DNA from: an uncultured Spirochaetota bacterium
GTDB lineage: Bacteria > Spirochaetota > Spirochaetia > DSM-27196 > DATKUC01
Reading direction: 5' to 3'
DNA: 64,000 nt
NCBI GenBank assembly: GCA_963832675.1
Contig: CAWHUY010000012.1
Location: forward strand, 16,857 to 80,856
Positions 26,793 through 36,031 of the stretch are shown here, in pieces. The notes below the pieces were generated by a model, which was not told where the DNA came from, did not search any database, and worked only from the letters and a program-made list of their open reading frames with translations. Numbering within the stretch: the stretch's first letter is position 1; every line of letters begins with the position of its first letter. Position numbers and translations under genes: made by a program.

Positions 26793-29700
26793 ATGAGGTT
26801 CGACACAACCCGCGGCGTATCCACGGTCGCCCGCTTGCTGCCCCTGATCGCCATGCTCGTGGTAGTGCTGGTGCCGGACGGTGTCGCGCAGGTCGTGCTC
26901 CCGGAGGCGGTCCGCCAGAATTTGCCCGACTACCTCTTCCTGGGCGAAGCCCCCACTGCCCTGCTGCAAAGTAAAGTGGGCGACGCCGATGTCGACCTCT
27001 ATGCCGCAGGATCGTGGCAAACAACTATTTCAGCATCGCTCGCAATCGGGATTCATCCGGGCCTGGGAAACGGCAGCGGCTATCAGTTCCCCTACCCTTT
27101 TCCCGGTATGGACCCGTTCTCGTTCCTCAACCAGGTCGACCTTACCATATCCCTCTGGATCCTCAACCGCTATTTCTTCCAGACAACATTTCTTGACCAG
27201 TTTGCTCTCAACACTTTTCTTCTCGGTTACCAGGGTCAAAAGGGCGAGTTCGTGCAGAAGGTCCTCATCGGCAATACACTAATGCCGTTTTCTCAGTATC
27301 CGTTCCTCGCAGTCGACGGCACCGAATACCCGACGGATCAGAGGCCGCTCGGCCCGGCCACACAGCCAACGGCCAATGGGGCAATTCCGGCGCCCGGAAC
27401 GGCACCTGCAGGACAGACGCCGGCATCTGAGGGCGATATCCCGCCTTTCAACCCTCCGGCATCTGCCGGCATAACGCCCGATTCAAGCAGCTCCTCCGGG
27501 GGAGCTCCGGCTACGCCTCGGGCGCAACCAACGTGACGAATTCGCTGGGAATTGCCGCTCTGTTCGAGACCGACCGCAGTCGGCACGAGCTCGTCTTTCG
27601 CTACGAGGACAACGGACTGGCCCACAAGTCCTACCTGGGCACAAACGAGGTTGTACGAACGCACATCAACCCGGCCGACTACACCTCGGGCAGATTCTTC
27701 GTCCTTCCGGACGCGAACATCACGAATCTGCAGGTTTACCTGGAAGATCCGGCAGGGACGGTTCCCGCCACAAGCATAGGTGGCGCCTTCGGGATGTTCA
27801 GGAAGGCGAATCTCGATCAGATTGCCGTGTATGATCTGCAGGCGGGAACGCTGTTTCTGCGGGAAAAACCGGTGGGCCGAGTACTCGTGACCTACACGAA
27901 AGGGGGCGCCACCGTCGGAGACGCAAGCCTCGGGCAACAATGCCGTCTATGCTCTGATTACAGCCGGAGCGCCGATTCGGGAACTACCCGGTCCAATTCG
28001 ACTGGAATGCCCCAGCGGCTACACGCCACCGAACTTCAACAACATGATGTCAGACAGTGGCCGCGTCGACGTAGACGACATCCACTACACCATCGGCGGC
28101 ACCGACTACCTCCTGCTGTGGCAACCCGGCTACTACTCGCCCTTCGAGCTGCAGAACCAGTACGACGCGACCGACGCGGTCAACAACGCGAACTCGACGG
28201 TCGGAACGATTGCCGCAACACGGGCGATCATCGCGCGTCGCGGCACCTCCTCGCCCTACACGCTTTCACCGAACAGAAACGCCGTGATCATCCCCGACGA
28301 CAACCGGGTAGCCGTCGTCGATCCGGCCGACTCGAGCGTCCGCGACTTCGTGAACCGTTACCCGTTCGCCGACACACAGCCCGAGCTACCCCGACCTCTA
28401 CGGGGTCAGCCCCAACGCAATCCCGGCCTACACCCCGTTCGACGTCATGATCGAACAGCAGATCACGCGCACCGCGATTACGATCGACAGCGACGCGGTT
28501 CCCGGCTCGGTGCATGTTGCGATCAACGGCAAGGAGACAACTTCGTTCACCGTCGACTACACATCCGGCACCGTGAGCTTTCCCTTTCCGATAGTGCCGA
28601 CCGACAATATCGACATCACCTACCGGACGCGAAGCGCGGGAACAACGGGCGGCCAGATAGTCTTCGGCAGCGGCAACACGATCCTGCTCTCCAACCGGCT
28701 GGTTCTCGACCTCGCGCTCGGCCTCCGCTGGAGCGTGCTCACCGGCGGCTACACTACCGAGCCCGGCCAGAGCCCCGGCTCTATCGTGACCTCGGCTCGA
28801 CTCTCCTACACCGGCACGCGATTCACCGGCTCAATCGCCGCCGGCGTTTCGGTGACCTCTCCGGACACCACGGGGATTCTTCGGCTTGCGGGCATGGGCG
28901 AAGACACCAGCCTTTTCGCCGTCGATGCGACGCGGCTTCTGCCCTCGGCCGCTGCCGACGGAGCTGGGTGCCTTCACCGAAACGAACCGGGGTGAAACCT
29001 ACTACAAAGACTACGGCGCGAAAGACCCGCTTGGGGGAACATCACTGCAGCCCTACAACTGGTCGAGCATCCCCTCGTCGCAGCAGTACCCCTACGCGAG
29101 CGGTTCGCGTATCGGGCCCTATGCGGCGACCGGGGGAACCGACGGACCCGACGGACAGGTGATGGTGCTCGACTATCACCTCGCGAACAGCCAATGGGTC
29201 GGCGGTGACCTCGCCGCGCCCTCCGGACAGGAGCTCGATCTTTCGGCGGCGCGGGCAATCGCGGTGACCTGGCGGCTGGCCTCTCCGCTCTCCGGATCGG
29301 TCTCCGGTACGCGTGCGCATCTTTCTGCAGGCGGGAAGCCTCGGCGAAGACCGTGACGGCAACGGTCAGCTCGACTCGGGCAACAGCGCGGTGAACCCCG
29401 GCTTCGACTTTCATGACAGCGCGCACAGCAACATTGTGCTGCGGGCGGGCGGGCCGCCCTGGACTCCCTTCGTTCACACCGAGGACACCAACGGAAACGG
29501 GATCCTTGATGCGAGGAAGTCAAACATCGTACTTACCAAGGAGTTGAGCGTAGACAGCAGCGACGTAAGTTCGCCCGTAAGCGCGGCCACCGGCTTTGTT
29601 CGTACCGAAATCCCGCTGACCGCGGCCGACCGGGCGAAGCTGCGCGACGTGCGCGGCGTGCGGATTGTCGTGTACGACACAGCCGGCGGTTCCGACGGGC

Positions 29701-32199
29701 GCGTCGTTGTCGGCGGGATCACGATCGAGGGAACGAGCTTTTCGGGAGCGATCAACCCGGCATCGAGCACCGGAACGCTCAACCTGCGAGAAACCGACGA
29801 ATCGGTTCTCGCTCCGGCAACTCCCCTGCTGAACGCCTTTCCCGAAACATCACCGATGCTCGCCGGCTCGGCCGCCAACCAGGTGCTGCTCGTCTCGTGG
29901 GGCTCGCCGACTCCATTTGCGACCACCGACACCTGGTCGGCAGTCCACTACACCACACCTGTTCTCGACAGCCAGTACAGCGACCTGGTCTTCTACGTCG
30001 GCGCCGGCCGCGTTGAACGGCGGCCCCGCCGAAATCCTCACGGTTCACTATGACTACGATGATACGACTCCCGGACTGAACGCGACGTTCACGTGCCTGC
30101 GGTAGACAGCCCGCCCCACTGGCACAAGATCGATATCGGCCTCGCCGCCCGGACTGTCTCCATAGACGGCACGCGTCGATCCGGGCGCTACGGTCAGCTT
30201 CAGCCCTTCGGGAAACAACGCTGACCCGGCTGCAGTTCGACGGCACCGGCACAACGACCGGCGAGGCTCGCCATAGACGAAATCGCGTTGACAAATGCGG
30301 CGACCCGCTGGGGTGCGGGCACCCAGGTGCAGGCTACCTACTCGGCGCCGGGGGTTATCCTCCACTCCGGGAGATGTCTCGATATTGAAAGATGCGACGA
30401 TTTCGGCAAGCGGCTATGCCCGCACCAGCGGATTCGCTCGATGGCGCAGGAAACCAACCCGCAGAACGCAGGCCTCGCGCTGCAGGGCGGTGCCGACATC
30501 CTCATTGCTCATCTCGACGCGAATTTTTCCGTCGACGGTTCCTGGACCGATGCAAACGTGCCGGGGTCGAGAAGCGATCTGGTCACCGCGGGCGGCCACG
30601 CGTTGCGGCTTCCGGCCGCGCCATCGCCGGTAACCTTCACTGACGCGTTTCAGCGCAGCTATTCGCCCGTTCAACCGCAACTCTTCCGGAAGAACACCCT
30701 CAGCCGTCGCCATCCCGCAGGCGTTGAGCATAACCCTGGGAACCCAGGGGTCCTATCCCGGGCAGCTTAACGCCAATGTCTCCGGCAGTACGACGACCTC
30801 CGGCGCGACCTTGAACCAGACCTGGACAACTACGGTAAGCTCCGCCTGGCCCGGTCCGTTCTCGCTCCAGCTCGGCGCAAACTTCTCCGACCTCTCTTCA
30901 TACGATCTTACCGACAACTCCGCCTATCCGGTGGCATGGATCGACGCCTACCGGTTTGCCCTTCCGTGGAACGCCGATCCTTCCGCAACGAGAACCGGCA
31001 CCATGACGCTGGACCTGGCATTGAATCTGGCGGCTGTGGCGCCTGAATTGTCGTTCGCGGCAAGCTACCAGACCGCCTACGGCAGCTCCGGGTCATCGGG
31101 TGTAACGCAGACAAATCAGCAGCTTTCCACGGCGTCAGTGACGCTGAGTGTCCCGATAACACTGGTCCCCGCAGCCGGGGGCTCCCCGCAATCCGGCCTT
31201 CTCTCCGGCCTGACCATAACGCCGTCCTATCAGCGCGTGGTCAAGGCCGCTGGGATTCCGGTCCGATCATGGCTGTCGGTGATGGGAGCGGACGCGTCGA
31301 CCGCAGCGTCGGTGATGGACTTTCGCCTCTACGGAAACGATATCGCCTATTACGGCGGCTCGATTTCCGATCAGACCTACTTCTTCACGGCGGCGCCATT
31401 CTACGATCTTTTCTCCCAGCCGCTCGTCGGGACATTCGCAAGTCAGAGCAGCGGTTACGCATACGCGCTTTATGAGCCCGGTACCTCGCTCGGGATATCC
31501 CGATCGATCGGATCGAACTGGGCCGACCTCATTGTGCCGAACCGCGTCCAGGTGAGCGGTGAGCCGTGATCTGACTCGCCAGGCGGACTCGGTCACGGAC
31601 GGGAACAGCGTCGACATCGGTCTTACCTACGCGGCGATCAATCTGTTCGGTCGACTCGGCGCCTACCCCCTATTTCCGTTTTACCGCAGCGAAGAGATAA
31701 CTTCCTCGATCGATCTGAAGTTCCAGACTGCGACGACCCAGACCGGGCCCTACTGGTCGCTCTATCATCTGCTGAGCACTACGGTACGGGTCACCGAGGA
31801 AGACAGCGTGTCGCTCGATAATCAGTTTACGGTGAGCGCGCAGCCTGAGACCGCCTATTCGGATACCGGAACGGCGGCCTTCAACTGGCGAACCCATCCG
31901 ACCACAATCTTCGGGATCAAGCAAGATTAGCGACGCGCTCGCAAACGGGGCCTACGTCGCGCACAAGGAGGCAGCGTCGGTCGCATGGAACCAGACGCCC
32001 ACGGTTCTCGGATTGGCCCAATCCGGTTTGACGCTGACTCTCGAACACGACAGCGGACTTGCACATTCCCAAAATGGGTGAGATTTCCGTCTTCGGAAAG
32101 TTCGGTTTTGGACTGACTCCCTACTCCACAAGCCCCTCAGACGGCCAGATCGTGTCGCTCGGCCTGCAGATCGGAATCAAGGGACAGCTTCAATTCTAG
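26793..32199 (+). pseudogene. giant (about 1800 aa when reconstructed) exported, beta-rich, Ca-loop-containing envelope protein, disrupted by at least 13 frame changes
   Basis: Signal peptide MRFDTTRGVSTVARLLPLIAMLVVVLVPDGVAQ. Sense jumps between frames at about 27534, 27933, 28380, 28935, 29310, 30010, 30100-30290, 30700, 31555, 31915 and 32080. Contains DRDGNGQLD and DTNGNGILD loops. Ends ...GLQIGIKGQLQF then TAG. Confidence 0.7.
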
Positions 32200-32253
32200 C
32201 CTCGACTCCCGAGATCCGGAACGCGTAGACGTGGCTTTTTTCGATCGGCGGGG

Positions 32254-32280
32254 TATAATCTGCCGTTGAACGATAGGAGG
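32254..32280 (+). promoter_or_regulatory. TATAAT -10 box and GGAGG ribosome-binding site of the first barrel-like paralog
   Basis: TATAAT at 32254-32259 (weak -35). GGAGG at 32276-32280, 5 nt before the ATG at 32286. Confidence 0.4.
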
Positions 32281-32285
32281 TTCAC

Positions 32286-33800
32286 ATGCGTGGGAAAACT
32301 TGGTGCAGCGCGATCAGCGGGCGGTATCTGCTGGTTGCTTTAGTCGTTGCAGCACTCTTCGCGCCCGCAGTTGCCACCGCGCAGACCACGCCCTCGGCGC
32401 CCTCGGGCGGAGCAATAATTCCCGGCATCAACGATGTCGGTGGCAATTCCAACAAGACAAAGTTCGGTATGGATCTGCTGATTGGAGTTCAAACCTTCCC
32501 GAATCCGGACTACAATCCCTCCGATCCTGCGAGCAGCCCGACAATCGGGTATCAGAGTCTCGGTCTCCGCCCGGATCTCTCTTTCGGAAAGTTCGGCGTC
32601 GGCCTCAACCTCATGTTCAACTATCGATTCAACGCCGGGCCGGACCAGAACCAGTTCGCGGTACGGAAAGAGGACTGGGTTCCCGATGCAAATACCAGCC
32701 TTCCTCGAGCTCTACCTTCCGAAGATCCGGTACGTCCGCTGGGACCACAAAGGAGCACCGCTCTATATCCTTCTCGGCCAGGTTGACAACGGCGTTCTGG
32801 GAAACGGGTACATAATGGGCGGCTACACCAATACGCAGTTTCTTCCGCAGCGTCCGGTTTTCGGCCTGAGCTTCGACGTGGACGGTGCGCTCTTCGGGTT
32901 CCCCTATGTCGGCATCGAGACGTTCGCCGCAAATCTTGCCGCCTGGGATCTCCTTGGCGGTCGTTTCTATGTTCGGCCTCTGAAAGGGTTGAGCGTACCG
33001 GTAATCCAGGATCTGCAGATCGGCTCATCCCTGGTGGTGGACCGCAATCCCTTCTACTTCGCCGAACGCGATCCCGGGGGTCTCTACAACAGCCAAACCG
33101 GCAGCCTCTCGGCGCCATCGAACGCGCAGGTGTTCATTTGGGGTGTCGACACGCGTCTGCCGATTCTGACGAATCCGGTCGTGAGCCTCGCGACTCTATG
33201 GCGACTTCGTGCAGCAGAAGAGAGGTCAGGGCGAGATGGTAGGGGCAGGCGGTCGTTTTTTCGGAATCATTACCTACGGCGCTCAGATGCGTTTCGTCGG
33301 CGAAAACTTCATCCCCGACTATTTCGATTCGACCTACGATCTGTACCGCGTGCAGAAGTATTCGATCTACACCGGCCAGAACTACGTTGACGGAAGTCTC
33401 TCGCCGGTGAATATGCCGGCCTATACCGGCTGGCTCGGAAGCGTCGGCCTCTCGATTCTCGACGACAAGCTGTCATTCATTGCAAGCATGGACGGCGCGT
33501 TCAATGCCGACCTCTCGAATCTCGGTTGCTGCGACCTTTGCCTATCCTCATCTGCGGGCGGTTCTAACGATGGCTCAGGGAATAATCCCCGGGTTCGCCG
33601 TTTCGGCCACCTACGACAAGTATTCAATCGATAGCTGGAACTCGCTTGTCAGCGCAGACAACGCAGTCATCGGCGCGAGAATCGACTACAAAACCGGTCC
33701 CGCCGTAATATCGCTTGTCTACGATTTGAAGCACAATACGACTCCGGGGCAGCCGTGGACGGTTACGTCGCGGCTGGAGACCTCGATCACCCTTTTCTGA
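32286..33800 (+). pseudogene. exported barrel-like protein, paralog of the C-terminal half of 33911-36016, with three frame changes
   Basis: Signal peptide MRGKTWCSAISGRYLLVALVVAALFAPAVATAQ. Frame changes at about 32695, 33200 and 33530. Ends ...RLETSITLF. Shares FL..L..KI.Y..W...P.....G...L G.G..M and GIET....L......GGRFY.RP blocks with the next gene. Confidence 0.7.
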
Positions 33801-33910
33801 ATATCGGAGGACCCCTATGAAGCGTGCACGTACTGCACCGCCGACGGTTTTAGCGCTTATTCTGTCTCCTCTGCGGAGCAGTTGCTGCATATGCCCAGAA
33901 AGCGCCCGTC

Positions 33911-36016
33911 ATGACGCTCGATTACTTCGATAACGATCAGCAGATCACCGTTACGAACAAGGATGGCATGGCGTACCAGTTCGTAAATTTGGGAATGCAG
34001 CTTACGCCCGGGGATCGCGTCAGCACGCGAAGCTCGACGGCAGAGCTCCGCCTCGATCCGAACGGCACAATAATCAAGCTCGCGCCCTACACCGACTTTA
34101 CCGTCGATTCGGTCGCGGGAGTCGGCCAGAGCCACACCAACAGTTTCACCCTGCAATCGGGAACGCTGCACGCCGTCGTAGCCAGAGTTACCGGTACGAA
34201 CTATGAGTTCCGAACGCACGCGGCTGTTGGGGGAATTCGCGGAACCGATTTCGGTATGCTGGTGATTCCCGGTAAAGCCGATCAGTTGTTCGTGAAAGAG
34301 GGATTGGTCGAGTTCACAAAAACCGGAGGACAGACGCTGCAGGTTGCATCCGGCCAGTTTGCCGATGCGCTCGCACCGACGTTCCAGGCCGTCGCGCTGT
34401 CTGGCCAGCAAATCGCAGACCTCTTCAAGAATCTTGATTTCACCAAGCTCGATCCGACCCGGGTTCCCGGTCAACAGATCGCAAAATCCACTACGCCGGC
34501 AGAAAATGCTCCGCCGGAGACACCGACAAAGGCTGAAGCTCCAACTCCACCCAAATCCGGTGGCGGATCTTCCTTTCTGGCCGATTTCTTCAGTCTCGAG
34601 ATCGGTGGAGTCACAATCGACGGGGTTACCTACTCGAAACTCGTACTTGGCCCGCACTTCCAGATCGGCAAACTGAAGGCGGCTCTCTACCTGCCGGTGA
34701 TCTATTCGTCGAATGTGCTCGACCCTGCCGACTGGTATCGCCCCAACGGCAACAACGAGTGGAGCTTTGGATTCGACAAGTCCACTTTCGTCGACGGTGC
34801 AAAGGATTTCCTCACCGATCTCATGCTGAAGATCAACTACATTGAATGGGGCAAGCAACGGGATCCGTTCTTTTTCAAGATCGGCAATCTCAACGACATG
34901 ACGCTGGGACACGGTGTTCTGATGCGCAACTTCGCCAACAACGCTGATTTTCCGGCAGTGCGGCGAGTGGGCCTGAATCTCGGATTGGATTTCAAATCCG
35001 CAGGAATCGAAACGGTCGTAAACGATCTGGCAAACCCGGAGATCTTTGGCGGCAGATTCTACCTGAGGCCGTTTGGAAAGACTTTCCCGCTCGCTCTCGG
35101 GCTGAGCGCCGTCACTGACCTTACTCCCGCATCAGAGGTCCCAACCCTGCCGGCGGGAACCGGTGCGTCTGTCGCGCAGGCGTATGCCGACGCGGTATCC
35201 GCAAATCCGCTTTTCCTGACGGTCGGAGCGGACCTCGACTTTCCGCTGGCTGAATCCGATAAGCTTTCTGCCATACTCTTCGCGGACGTTGCCGGTCTGG
35301 TTCCCTATCTCCGAAACAGCGTCGCCGGGCTCTCCACCGGCTTCCATACCGACGCGGTTCTATACGTCGATCCGGCAGGAAAGCATTCCTTCCGCAACTA
35401 CGCGGCCGCAACCGGTCTCCTGGGCAATATCGCAGCGCTCAACTACCGCCTGGAATATCGGATATACAACGGCGTCATTCACCCGGCCTTCTTTGATACC
35501 GTTTACGAACGGCTGCGCGGTCAATACGCGGCTGACGTCATGACCTACCTCGAAAACCCGACCGACAGCAGGTATGACCAGGTGACGATGGGAATCTATG
35601 GCGAAGCCGGTTTCACGCTGTTCAGCGCCGTAGATTTCCAGGCCGGGTACTTCTGGCCCTGGACGTGGGACTCGGCCGGAAACCTCCAGTTCGGCGACAA
35701 CGACTATCTGAAGCTGATGCTGGCAGTGCACAAGAAGAAACTGCCGCTCGGGATATACGGTTCCATTTCGTACGAACGAACTAAATTCGTCCCGACGCTG
35801 CTCGGAAAATCGACGACCTACGGAAAGTTGAGCCTCTTCGATGCGAACACAGCTGTTGTCGGTGAGCTCGTCTATCCGGTTGCGCCGCCGCTCGACCTCA
35901 TGCTGCGGGTCACGACCACGGTTCGGCACGACAGCGCTGGAAATGTCATCTACGACACGAATGGGAATCCGACCTTCAGCCCATCGGTCACCATTGAAAC
36001 GCGCATAGGGTTCTAG
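33911..36016 (+). CDS. FecR-domain protein fused to a C-terminal-Phe barrel-like domain. The signal peptide lies upstream in another frame (start ATG 33817)
   Basis: N-terminal FecR-like region (TPGDRVSTRSSTAELRLDPNGTIIKLAPYTDFTV...FRTHAAVGGIRGTDF). C-terminus ...SVTIETRIGF. GGAGG at 33806-33810 plus the ATG at 33817 encode MKRARTAPPTVLA..., which needs a 1-nt shift near 33860 to join LLCGAVAAYAQKAPVMTLDY. Confidence 0.7.
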   Translation: MTLDYFDNDQQITVTNKDGMAYQFVNLGMQLTPGDRVSTRSSTAELRLDPNGTIIKLAPYTDFTVDSVAGVGQSHTNSFTLQSGTLHAVVARVTGTNYEFRTHAAVGGIRGTDFGMLVIPGKADQLFVKEGLVEFTKTGGQTLQVASGQFADALAPTFQAVALSGQQIADLFKNLDFTKLDPTRVPGQQIAKSTTPAENAPPETPTKAEAPTPPKSGGGSSFLADFFSLEIGGVTIDGVTYSKLVLGPHFQIGKLKAALYLPVIYSSNVLDPADWYRPNGNNEWSFGFDKSTFVDGAKDFLTDLMLKINYIEWGKQRDPFFFKIGNLNDMTLGHGVLMRNFANNADFPAVRRVGLNLGLDFKSAGIETVVNDLANPEIFGGRFYLRPFGKTFPLALGLSAVTDLTPASEVPTLPAGTGASVAQAYADAVSANPLFLTVGADLDFPLAESDKLSAILFADVAGLVPYLRNSVAGLSTGFHTDAVLYVDPAGKHSFRNYAAATGLLGNIAALNYRLEYRIYNGVIHPAFFDTVYERLRGQYAADVMTYLENPTDSRYDQVTMGIYGEAGFTLFSAVDFQAGYFWPWTWDSAGNLQFGDNDYLKLMLAVHKKKLPLGIYGSISYERTKFVPTLLGKSTTYGKLSLFDANTAVVGELVYPVAPPLDLMLRVTTTVRHDSAGNVIYDTNGNPTFSPSVTIETRIGF

Positions 36017-36031
36017 TACTCTAGTTCCCTG

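Noticed and set aside
27533-27536. GTGA overlap (TGA stop and GTG start) that could mean the first two segments of the 26.8-32.2 kb region are separate coupled genes
   Set aside because: None of the other junctions (more than 10) has a start/stop context. Sense sequence simply continues in another frame and the old frame turns to nonsense. A single disrupted gene explains all junctions. This one junction alone remains ambiguous.
26793-28000. Impression that the N-terminal region resembles very large gliding/T9SS-type outer-membrane barrel proteins
   Set aside because: This rests only on my recollection of loose sequence patterns. I cannot verify it without a profile search, so no family call is made.
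26793-32199. Array of silent antigenic-variation cassettes (vls/tprK-donor style)
   Set aside because: The frame-separated segments are not similar to each other and are not flanked by direct repeats. They read as consecutive, non-redundant parts of one long protein with a single signal peptide and a single C-terminus.
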